From: Amoebidium appalachense
Lineage: Eukaryota; Protista; Ichthyosporea
NCBI GenBank assembly: GCA_963693365.1
Contig: CAVNZM010000018.1
Span: forward strand, 1,483,861-1,547,860
Length of the DNA stretch: 64,000 nucleotides
Direction: 5' to 3'
Each line of letters starts with the position of its first letter. The first letter of the stretch is position 1. Positions 1 to 10,312 of this stretch are shown here, one piece after another. The position numbers were made by a program, and so were the translations under genes. The notes beneath the pieces are model-generated. The model worked only from the letters and a program-made list of their open reading frames with translations, ran no database searches and was not told where the DNA came from.

Positions 1-201
1 TTTTTTTATTTTTTTTTCTTGTGTGTCTGTGTGTGTGTGTGGGGGGGGGGGGGGGGGGGGGGGGAGGGGGGGAGGTGGTGGTGGTGGTGGGGGGGGGTTA
101 TAGGGGGGGGGGGGGGGGGGCAGCATTTGTGCATGCGTATATTTATGATTGCGCCAAGTTGTGTTATTAGTAAGGACCATCTGGTTATTAAGTAAGGTGG
201 C

Positions 202-232
<31 letters not shown>

Positions 233-489
233 CTCCTGGGACAAACGGGAAACAGGACGGCAGCCGGATGTTGTGATTTAGAAAGGCTGCACGGAGGGAC
301 AGTGGAAGATTAGGCTGGTGAGATGCAATACAAAAAGTAAAACCTAAGGACGCGCACGTGTGTGAGTGTGTGTTTGGGTGTGTGCACATGGGTGTGTGTG
401 TGTGTGTGTGTGTGTGGTTGTGGGGGGGGGGAGGGGGGGAGGGGGGGAGGGGGGGGGGGGATAGGTGGGGAAGGGGGTGAGGAGGGGTT

Positions 490-520
<31 letters not shown>

Positions 521-2283
521 CATGCGTGGATGCATGTGTTTATGATTGCGACAAGTTGTGTGAGAAGTGTGTTCCCACACACGTCTCTGCGTGCTCAGTG
601 CTGGATATTCGTGTGTCAATGAGCGTAGAGTGATCTCTTCGTGTATAAACCCGTGTACCCCATGTATTTCTTCTTCTGTTTGATGGTTGGTTAGTATGTC
701 TCATTTTCCGATTTTCTGAAGACATCTAAGTTACGGTATTCGATACAAGAAGAGAAAGGGAGTTGTTGCATGCATGTGTCCATGTTTTAGGGGGAGGGGA
801 GGAGGGGGGAGGGGTGTGTGTGTGGGGGGGGGGGGGGGGGGGGGGGAGGACTGGTGGGCAAGGGGAGGGGGGAAGGGGGGGGGGGGAAGGGGGGGGAAGG
901 GGGAGGGGGGGAGAGAGAGATGGGAGGGGGCTTTCGATGGTTGGTCTTATGAGAGCAAAGAGAGGGTAGAAACTGTGCAGAAATAAAAGGCGGAGGTGGC
1001 AGGCGGGGGGGGGGGGGGGGGGGGGGGGGGGAGGAAGGGGGAAGGAAGGAGGACTACTTTGGGGGGGGGGGGGGGGGGGGGGGGGGATGGATAAGGAGGC
1101 ATGTTGGTGGTAGTAGGGACTTTAGTAGTGGTAGTGGGAGGGATACAGTACAGCTTGCTTCTTTTGTTGTAGAAACTTCCTGTAGTCTCCCTGTTCCTTA
1201 ACGCCGTTGAAATGTTCCTTCGCCTAGCCATGTTTTCTGTAGAGCATCGTCGTGGAGAATTTCTGGTTGTATAGCTCACCCCTCTTTCGTTGTGTACAGG
1301 TGGGTTTTTTTGTAAACAGTGCTTTGGCCTCCTGCGGGTGTATATCCCAGTTTAACTTTCACCTTTAGTCTTTATTCAAGATAGCTTAGCGTGCTATTCA
1401 TTGGAGTTTCTTCCATTCTCAATCCAGGTTTTTATTCGTCCCGGATTTCGAGGGCTTTGTGTCAAAATGCGTAGATCACCCGTAAGGTCGAAGCCTTGTG
1501 AGTTAATTCTAATTCCTCTACTTGTCACTCTTTTTCAGTTCTTTCTCTCTCTCTCTTTCTTTCCTCACTCCCTCTCCCTCTCTCACACACCCACACCTCC
1601 TCTCTCCCTCGTCTCTCAGCCTTTGGCCACACTCCGAGGCCTAGGCTCCCGACAGCTATGCATGCCAACCGCCGAAGGAACCTCAGCGCTCTTTTTTCGC
1701 GCCAAAATCAGAAAAGTACGCCAAGATTGGGCGATCGATATCGATAAACTATATTTGGTTCACACTTGCGAGCCTCGGGAGTCAGTTGCGACGTGTACAG
1801 ACAGGCGACTCACGTGGCCCGTGTCCGATTACTCCGAGTTGACTCTGGTAGAGACAGCTTTTCCCTCTGCCCCCTCTAGATCTGTTATTCCCTCTAGTAG
1901 TAATAGTCTACCTGCTCTCCCTCACCGGCCATTCTACTGTGCATGAGGCTGCACATGCAAGGGGCTTCCTGCAGCTGCAGCCTAATAATATTAGATCTGC
2001 CCCGGTGGATTCGGGGCCCCACATATATGGCCCAACACCAGATGATGGTGTTCATGTCAAGTTCGTTGATTTGTGCACCGGAAAAGCTTGCAGAACGTAT
2101 GCAACTATTTCCACGTAGAGTATTAGCTACAATAATTTCGGTAGTTGCTTTATTAATGATGGGTAGATAAAAAGAAATTTTAAAGGGAATGGAACGACTA
2201 GGGTTAATTCTTTTAGCTCCTTGGAAGGTGATGGAGTTCTTCTACTCATAACGACTCCGAAGTTCTCTACTCTATTCTTATTT

Positions 2284-2377
2284 GAAGCTTTCGTCAAAAT
2301 ATAAGGAGTAAATAAAAATCTTAGCGTATTCTGGATTTAGGATTTTTATTTACTCCTTATATTTTGACGAAAGCTTC
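2284..2377. repeat. Perfect 37-bp inverted repeat with 20-nt spacer
   Basis: gaagctttcgtcaaaatataaggagtaaataaaaatc (2284-2320) is the exact reverse complement of 2341-2377. Confidence 0.95.
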
Positions 2378-2429
2378 TACTGTATACATATTTATTTGAT
2401 TACTTTTACTTTGTCCATTTTGCTAAACA

Positions 2430-2522
2430 TTAGGGGTACCAGAAACAGTATTAGAAGACAAAAGTCTGTATAATGTGATCATCACAGCGTACACATTCAT
2501 ATTTATTTTTTCCCTGGTAATG
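2430..2522 (+). pseudogene. cox1: Cytochrome c oxidase subunit 1 fragment (NUMT)
   Basis: Translates LGVPETVLEDKSLYNVIITAYTFIFIFSLVM, matching the conserved COX1 motif L..PG..L.D.QLYNVI.TAHAF.MIFF.VMP. The heme-ligand His is changed to Tyr, so the copy is decayed. Confidence 0.85.
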
Positions 2523-2682
2523 TAGTAGAAGAATGTGGGCTCAAGTTAGGGTTGTTAAATTAATCTTATAATTAACTTTCCAAATTTTTACTAGAATCTC
2601 AGTAGAGTCACCGCTCTAAAATTACTCGCATTAAAGTAATAAGAACTTTTCAAGTTCTGCAATACCTATTACACCAAAAGTA

Positions 2683-2756
2683 ATTTATATAGCTCAATAA
2701 GATAAAGCAGTACCCTTTTAATGTACTAGTTGTAGGTTCAAGTCCTATTTGAAGAG
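2683..2756 (+). tRNA. Decayed mitochondrial-type tRNA pseudogene, anticodon TTT (Lys, or mutated Arg-TCT copy)
   Basis: TAGCTCAA D-arm, GTACC-CTTTTAA-TGTAC anticodon arm and GTAGGTTCAAGTCCTA T-arm. Paralogous to 2896-2967. Confidence 0.6.
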
Positions 2757-2775
2757 AGGCAAACAGGGTAGAGAT

Positions 2776-2845
2776 ATCTAGTTAGCCCAAATGATAAAGC
2801 ATAATCCTTACAAGATTAAGACTATAGAATCAAGTTAGTATTGTC
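2776..2845 (+). tRNA. Decayed tRNA-Val(TAC) pseudogene
   Basis: TTAGCCCAAATGATAAAGC D-arm-like region and a perfect anticodon arm TAATC-CTTACAA-GATTA (TAC at 2809-2811). T-arm and acceptor stem are degraded. Confidence 0.55.
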
Positions 2846-2895
2846 AAAGTAATCCTAACTCTTCAAGTCTTGCAATACTTATTACATCAAAGGTA

Positions 2896-2967
2896 ATTGA
2901 TATAGCTTAATAGGATAGAGAGTACACTTCTAATGTACTGGTTGTAGGTTCAAGTTCTACTATCAAC
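2896..2967 (+). tRNA. Mitochondrial-type tRNA-Arg(TCT) pseudogene
   Basis: Acceptor TTGATA/TATCAA, anticodon arm GTACA-CTTCTAA-TGTAC, T-arm GTAGGTTCAAGTTCTAC. Confidence 0.7.
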
Positions 2968-2976
2968 TTATATATG

Positions 2977-3049
2977 GCTAGTGTAGCTTTATGGTGAATC
3001 ATCTGTATTGTAAATAAAAAAAATGTAGATTCAAGTCCTGCTACTAGCT
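2977..3049 (+). tRNA. Mitochondrial-type tRNA-Thr(TGT) pseudogene
   Basis: Acceptor stem GCTAGTG/TACTAGC, TAGCTTTATGGT D-arm, loop ATTGTAA and T-arm GTAGATTCAAGTCCTGC. The anticodon stem is damaged. Confidence 0.65.
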
Positions 3050-3170
3050 CTCGAGTTATTTACAGTATGCGTCCGCGCCTAACATACCGCCCCGACAAGG
3101 GTCGAGGTCGTTATGTTAAATTTTAATTGGTATCTAAAAATAGGCTCCCAGAGCCCGTCTCGATTATGTT

Positions 3171-3206
<36 letters not shown>

Positions 3207-3475
3207 CCCCGCCCGCCCGCCCTCCCGCCCCGCCCAGGAGGCCACACTGAGCCTCTCCATCGGGCGGGGAATCCGCAAACCGCTAAATGACATAAATATA
3301 GTAGTAAACAAATAATAAATTGATCAAATGAATGAATAAACAAAGAATACTTATACTAGTTCCTTTTTGAGATGGTGAAAAAAAAGGGGGGGAAATTCGG
3401 AAAAGAAAAAAAAAAACTTTGAAAAAAAAAAAAAAAAAAGAAGCTGAAAGCGTGAAAGCCTATGTGTGTGTGTGT

Positions 3476-3550
<75 letters not shown>

Positions 3551-3739
3551 AAATCTAAATCAATACTTGAAAGTCTAGCATTTAGTACATCAAGTCCCCC
3601 CCCCCCCCCCCCCACCCCCCCCCCTCTCCCCTCCTCCCCAACCCGCTAAATAAGTAAATATAGAGGAAATCAATAAGAAATTGATTCAAATAATAATAAA
3701 AACATACTAATTTTTTTCAAGGGGACCAAATCAAAAAAG

Positions 3740-3793
<54 letters not shown>

Positions 3794-3846
3794 CAACTCA
3801 TACAAACAAGGACGTACTAGTCTTTCTGCTCCCTCACACCTTACTC

Positions 3847-4446
3847 TCACACCTTACGAATTTGGCACCACACACCTACACGAGTAAGAGGCAACCCCTT
3901 CCCCTTCGCCTCCTACAAATCCGTATTCAGGGTTTCATCAAGCTCCAAACCATTACCGTAACTCACACGGAAAAGAAACCCCCTTTTCTGGGCACCACCC
4001 ACTATCACCCCACGCAGCCAGCCCACCAAACTAAACCTGCGCAAGATCTCACACCCATGCAAATTGCTACCCAACCGGGGGCACTCCTTAACTACTTCGT
4101 ACCCCTCAGGTATCTCCCATTCGTTCTCCTCCTCCTGTTTCTCCTCCTCCTCCTCCTCCTCCTCCTCCTTGCCCTCCTCCTCCTCCTCGCCCTCCTCCTC
4201 CTCCTCCTGCGAGCCGCTCTCGTCGCCACTACCGATTTCATCATCCACCTCATCCTCCAAATCCTCGGGATCCTTTTCGGCCTCGTCTGCCTCCGGTACC
4301 TCCTGATAATCACCCACGAGCCCCCAATCATTTTGTACCCTGCCATCGATGCTAAGGTTTTATTTGTGGAATTTATTGACATAAATATTTTTCTGGGTAA
4401 ACACGTAGGATGGGTGTTCGGTATCAACATAACCATGTACTACTAG
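3847..4446 (-). pseudogene. Disrupted ORF: acidic Glu/Asp tract followed by a Tudor-like beta-barrel domain
   Basis: One frame reads ...KFHK*NLSIDGRVQNDWGLVGDYQE...poly-E...LHGCEILRRFSLVGWLRGVIVGG...FRVSYGNGLELDETLNTDL*EAKGKGLPLTRVGVWCQIRKV*. The G..I.R.F...GW..G.I...F.V.Y..G pattern is Tudor-like. Two in-frame stops. Confidence 0.45.
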
Positions 4447-5089
4447 TAGGCTTCATTTCGTGTTTTAGCAGTTCGCGGTTGGCTGCCCGCACACGGGCAC
4501 CTATTAGCCAATCAAAACATCAGATTCCACATATCACTAGACCGAGTTTCGATTGGCTCGGATCAGATTTCACATATCATTAGATCGATTTTGATTGGCT
4601 CAGATCGGTAGCCTTAGGTATATAAGCACGACAGTTTTTAGCAGATCAGCAAGCTACAAACACATCTTCTGTGTTTAGCACCCACAGCCTTACAGCTATA
4701 TATTCCTTTTTCACCCACCCACCTACACCCACACTCAACCCCCATTGATCCACACATACGTGCTGTTTTTTCACGGGGCGAAGACTTCCCCCGTTTTTTG
4801 GGCACAAGGACCTGACGGATCAATAAATTGATGACTGGGGGCTTGCCGTGGTTTACAACCATTGCAGGTTCACTTTCGTCCAAGGGGATGTCCCCCTAGA
4901 GGCAACACACGTCCCGGAGTAGTTTTTCATAGATTACATGTTAACGTACGCATTTACTCAAATTTCTGTGTGCTAAGGTACGCGTTTCACTCGATGATTT
5001 CTGTGACTCAATTCATATTAGCTCACCTTTATTGAGGTTTTTTTTGTTGTGGCAGCCGAGATATCAACTTATCGTTTTCACTCCTGCCT

Positions 5090-6010
5090 TTAGTGTTCAT
5101 TTGTATTTTTATACCTTTGGGTCGACGTCCGTATTCCAGTGAGCCTACTTCTCATTTGAGTGACTCGAAAATCGTCTCTTGAGATATCTGGGATATCTCT
5201 TTTTCGTGTCCTTCGAACATATGAATATAACCCCAATAAAGTCATTATTAAAGAATTCGATTCCTTTCAGCGTAAATTCATCCAGTTCATCTCTCGGACC
5301 TCGCGTAGGCATCCTCTGGCGGCTCCTTTGCTGAGTGTTTTTGGTCTCCCTCGGAGTCCGGTGAGTCAGCGTATGAATGAGCTGGGCCTTCGCTTTTGTT
5401 TTCATTTGGTTAGGCGAAGCTCCTTCTTATCATCCTTTGTTGCAATTCTTTCCTTCTTTAGACCCTGTTCCCATTTCTAATGTTCGTGCGAAATGTCCTG
5501 TGCCCAATCTATCTCCCATTCAGAGATATCCTTTTAAATATTTGTCTCCTTTATTTCTCTCTTCCCCTGTTTATCAGCAGTATAAGTTACTTGGTTTCAT
5601 ACTCAATATCCTTTGCTTCATCGTTGCCGATAAAGAGCCTTCATGGTAAGACTCTTGAGCCTGTGCTTCTTTTTATATTAGAGACTCCTCTATTTTCTCT
5701 ACAATCGTATATTTAGCTACTTATATTCATCCTTCCTCTCGTAAACCTACCACATTTGCCGATTTTGCCATTCAAACCCCTTCGTGTGATATTGCTTGGA
5801 AATGTTTATTTTGACGTTGTAACCTTAGTTTCCATAAATGTTTGTGTCACTTTTGTGCAGAACCTTTTTCTCGCAAACATCTAGATAAATGTATTTATTT
5901 ATCTCAGATTCTTCATGTTAGAAATTCGAACACTAGCTTGTTTAGATAATCCTGATATTACTTCTATTGACTATCAAATTCTGTTAAACCACCGTATGTT
6001 TAACGAGGCT
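5090..6010 (+). mobile_element. Decayed non-LTR retrotransposon (LINE), 3' fragment, copy A
   Basis: EFDSFQRKF...RMNELGLRFCFHLVR and DIAWKCLF*RCNLSFHKCLCHFCAEPFSRKHLDKC...ITSIDYQILLN are clearly homologous to the C-terminus of copy B. Stops and frameshifts are present. Confidence 0.8.
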
Positions 6011-8596
6011 ACTCAGACTAACCGCCGCCTCTTATCTCGCGGTTTCAAGCACAAGTTAAACCAGTTACTCGCCGTCAAGGAGTATGAGTCGGTTCATGGC
6101 TTCTTTCTTGCCGCAGTGCGCGACGCCCGTGCGCAGCGGAACCCGGCTATTTTGGAGGTTTGTTATAATGAGTTTGTTGAGTTCACTATTTGCCCTTGGC
6201 GAGCAGGTGGTGGGCACGGTTGAGTACCCTTCCGTTCGGCTTAGACAGTCTCATGTTTTGCAGTCCCTAGTACGACAGTTGTTGCCTCTACAGGAAGCAT
6301 TATCCGAGTCGGTCTGGAAATCCGCCGGTCGGTTTGGGCCTTCCGTGCAAGTCTATGCCCCGTCTCCTTCCATCTCCGTCGCTGAATCCCTCGATGACTA
6401 TTATGCTTCCCTATTTTTGCTTCCTAACGTGTCCACGGTTCCATCACGGCCCGCTGGCCTCTCCCAGCCGCCGAGTTGGGAGCCGGACCGATCGTTCCCG
6501 GGCACTTTTCACAGTTATTTCAACTCTTCGGCTGTTTTTGGTGCTATACAGGCGTTAAAACCCCGCAAAGCGTGCGGGCCGGCTGCTGATCTTCCTCCCG
6601 TGCTTTTCAAGGTTCTTTCTCCCGTGCTTCCGCCCCGTAATCGTGCAGAGTCCCCCCCGCCCCCGCCTTTTGCTGTCCTTCTTAGTGAGTTTTTTTCCGG
6701 CTTTTTTCGAACTTGGGTTTATTCCAAATTCGTGGCTTGACACAATCGTTAGTACACCCGTTCGTAACTTGAAGAAGGTATCGCAGGGGGTCACTAACGA
6801 CTTTCGTCCCGTCACACTTACCAATGTTTTTCGTCGGCTCTTCGAGGGTTGCATGCTTCGCGCGTTTAACACCGACGATTCTTTAAACGCCATGTTCCGT
6901 CTTTCTTCGGAATCCCTTCAAGGGGGCTTTCGTCATCCCTATTCGTGTTATACCCACAGCCTGTTACTCCATGATTCCATTACTTCTGGCTCTCCGCAAG
7001 TTGTCTTCATCGACCTGAAGAGCGCCTACGACACCGCACCCACTGGTTTGTTATGGCATAAGCTGGCTATGCGGGGCTTACCAGCCCCCTTTGGCCGTCT
7101 TCTGCAAGCGCTGTTCGATACCACTCGCGGACGAGCGGCGGTCAATGGGATATTAACGCCCGGCAGTTTTCTCGTTCTCGGGGTCTTCTGCAGGGGTCCC
7201 TCCTGAGTCCGTTGTTGTTTGACGTTTTCATTGACGATTTAGCCTGCGCCCTCGAACCCTTTGGCCAACTGCATACCCCCCATGTACCGGGTCTCCTTTT
7301 TGCGGACGAGTATTGTTCTTTGTTCCTTAACCGAAGATGTCATGCACCAGATGCTTCGTCAGGTGGATCAATGGTGCACCGAGAATCTCATGACAGTCGG
7401 AATTGCAAAGTGTGCTACTTTTTCGAAAAACACTTCCTTTCGATTGGCCGGTCTTCCTATTCCTGTTCAGAGCACCTATGACTATTTGGGTATTCCTTTT
7501 ACTGCACGGGGTATTGATTTCCGCAAGCTCTTCACGGCACGGATCGCTCGTGCGAAGGGTAAGCTTCACATCGTGTCAAATATGTTTCAACGGGAGTCTG
7601 TGATCCATCCTGCGAACCTTCTTCTCTACTACAAAACTTTTTTACGGCCAACTTTCCAATATGGACTTCCGCTATTGGCCTGCGCCCCACCTCGTGAAGC
7701 GGCCGTGGCGCTGAAAGAGTTCGACGATTTTCAGGGTATTGCGCTGCGCACTTTGTTTCGTACTCGGTTTGTGCCTCCCTTAATCAGTATGTTTGCATTG
7801 TCGTCTGCTGTTTGTCGTATGGAGGAATTGTCTCTTCGTTTTTGTTTTCATTTAGTTAGGATACCTGATGGTCACCCTCTTCATGCTTTCTTTTCCCCCC
7901 CCTCCCTCCATCCCTCTTCCCCCCCATTTCACCAACGCTACTTCTGAATGTCCTCCCGCCTACCCTTCCTCAACCTGATTCTTCCTCTCGCTATCTCACT
8001 CCCCCTTTCTTTTCTCTTCCTGTTTTTTCTGCCTTTTCGCGTTATTACCATACGCAGTATAAGTTTCTTTCTCGTTCTGATATAGAGAAATCAAAGGTAA
8101 AACTCAGTCGGCATGTGTTATGTTCCTTAGGCAACACCGTACTGATCATTATCGCTTTTTGGGAGCTTTGGCAGGATATATTTCTCCTGCTGTACGTATG
8201 GATACCACCCTAGTAGATAAGTCTGTATGGTGCTCTGATGTTGATATTGCATGGGAAGTTGTGCAGTGGCGTTGTAATTTTTGTTTCCATCGCCGCTGGT
8301 GCCACTTTTGTGCTGAACTTTTTAATCGCAAGCATGTTGATAGGTGTGAGTTTTTATGTTGCGTTTTACCTCTTTCCCTACGGGTGTCTGCTACACTGGC
8401 TGGCAATGTGACCACTTTAGACTTTTTGTTGAATTCTGTTGGTCGTCACATTGAGTGTTTATGTGACTTTCACACAGTGTTCAGGTATCTCAGTATGCAC
8501 TTGTTACTGGATAACTCATGAAGTTTTTGCCTTCTCAGTATGCCGTGCATATTTGCATATCTTTCCGTCGAATAAATCCAGTCAAAAGAAAAAAAA
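6011..8596 (+). mobile_element. 5'-truncated LINE with frameshifted reverse transcriptase, C-terminal Zn-finger and A-rich tail, copy B
   Basis: RT motifs KACGP, DFRPVTLTNVFRRLFE, QGGFR, FIDLKSAYD, GVLQGSLLSPLLFDVFIDDL, FAD(D) broken by a 1-nt insertion at ~7310, and YDYLGIPF. C-terminal WRCNFC...CHFC...KHVDRC. Ends AATAAATCCAGTCAAAAG(A)8. No introns. Confidence 0.92.
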
Positions 8597-8788
8597 GTTT
8601 TCTATTTGTAGGGTGTATGATTATTTGGGGGTTTACACACTTTTTAATGCGTGGACATTACCGGTGGCCCAGCCACATTCGACGGCCTACTGCGTTTTCC
8701 AGCACAGCCAATCAAATGCAGCCAGTGACATATGTACATGCTAGGCAACAATGAGCGCCATCGTAGTATCTGACACCCCTATTACATA

Positions 8789-9265
8789 TTATGGGTAAGC
8801 AGATGCTAGCATCGGTAGCTCCGAAAGAAAGTTAAGGCACCGGATCACAATATCATACTGTGCAGCATTAATAAGGTGATCTAGGATAGTCATCTTAAAA
8901 CGGATATATTGAGGAAGAGAGGAAGAAAAGAGAATAAAACCGCCAATAACCTCCGGTTCTAATACATTAGCTAACAGGTTGCATTTATTGATAGATATGC
9001 AGCCGCGAGTAAACCGCCCCCCACACATATTACACATACGAGCAGGAGACACCAGAAACCGATTACACCGCCAAGCCATAATCATCTTTGCGTTTTTACA
9101 CCACACCACATTACGAATAAACGAATCTATGTATGAACGAAACTCTCTAACCGTATCCGCCATATAGGCTACTAGTAGTTGGTGTTTTTGCGGTCCTAAC
9201 ACCGGAAGGGACTCAACACGTAGAGTAAAAAGATATCTATCAGCCATAGACTTGAAACTATTCAT
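8789..9265 (-). mobile_element. Divergent LINE 3' fragment (Zn-finger region), copy C, tail-to-tail with copy B
   Basis: AWRCNRF...CNMCGGRFTRGC...C...TILDHLIN matches the WRCN..C..C...F.R...C...TLDFLLN C-terminus of copy B. Confidence 0.7.
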
Positions 9266-9439
9266 ATATTCACACTATGATCTAGCCGTACCTATGATTA
9301 TTTGAAACGTTATCTCCTCCGTATCCATGAGTAGGGGTTTTTGTATTTTCTTCTCTGAGATATCTGTTTTACCTCCGGCTTGCTTCTCTTTCATGAGCAT
9401 ATCAATAAAGTCTTAAAAAAAAAACGTAAAAAAAACAAA

Positions 9440-9479
9440 AAAAAACTGTTACACCAGTCAAAAGAAAAAACTGTTACAC
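9440..9479 (+). mobile_element. 10-nt LINE 3'-tail micro-insertion with 15-bp TSD
   Basis: aaaaaactgttacac [cagtcaaaag] aaaaaactgttacac. The insert equals the last 10 nt of LINE copy B before its poly-A. Confidence 0.65.
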
Positions 9480-10312
9480 AAATACGGAAACGGGGTCTAA
9501 AATGCCCGGAGGTACCAATCAGAAAATCGGAAAAGATAAATACTCGATGCATAGATAGCCAATCACATTGTTGTTTGTGATGGCGACATTTTGTACACCC
9601 GAGCCTCAGTGACAGTCGACCTTAGCAACCCATGTCTATGCTCTTGTAGCTATTTATGTATTCATATTGGCTTGGTCATTTTCATTTTTGGTATTTCTGT
9701 GAAATAATACACAATAGTTACACTCAGTATAGACGTATGCAAATGTGACTTTTATCCTGCTCAGTCTCACGGCTACCGATTGGCTTAGCATATTCTAGAA
9801 AGCACATTACGATTGGGTAGCTCGGTTTCATCACTAATCCCCTTACACCTCTAACTTCCATCAACATTACAAGAATAACTGAATACCCTATATCGATGGC
9901 TGAAGAAAGCCTACATAACTAAAAACCAAATTTCTCTAAAACGTATTTTTTATAATTCTAATTCCTAAATATACCGGTTAAGCTTAATTTTTTAAGGAGA
10001 TTCCTCGCTCACAAACAAAACACGTTTTTGAAATTTGGCAGTTTACATGTTTTTGAGTTTAGCAGGTACGAAACGCACTGTTAACTGAAAAGCACGAGTG
10101 CGTGCGTTGTCGAAGTCAGTTCAGTTCAACCACACTCTAACCCAAGTTCTACTTTGTCTTATTCTCTCCATTTCCTGTGTCCTCATTTGCTTGGGCGCCT
10201 TGCCACGACCATCGCAGATCTGACAGATCACGTTCTCTTTACCACAGCCTGTTTTCATAAGTTCAGATCACTACATCCCTTGTGTAGTTACTCTATACTC
10301 TTTCGAAGGAAA

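Larger units (their letters stand above)
2118..3050 (+). other. Chimeric, decayed mitochondrial DNA insertion (NUMT)
   Basis: AT-rich island without microsatellites. It contains a cox1-like fragment, four decayed organelle-type tRNAs, and a hydrophobic, stop-containing stretch at 2120-2290 weakly resembling nad2. Boundaries are approximate. Confidence 0.75.

Noticed and set aside
1-2110. Possible exons or retroelement remnants among G-runs (e.g. a GIY-YIG/Penelope-like YMGYTG...RRVWEH on the minus strand; ORF 1401-1946)
   Set aside because: The motif pieces fall in different frames with stops, and no coherent splice model or recognisable domain emerged. Left unresolved.
3847-4446. In-frame TAA and TAG suggesting a variant genetic code
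   Set aside because: The acyltransferase and the large gene end in TAA, and apart from the exon-8 frameshift none of the 37 mapped exons has an internal stop. Ordinary decay explains it.
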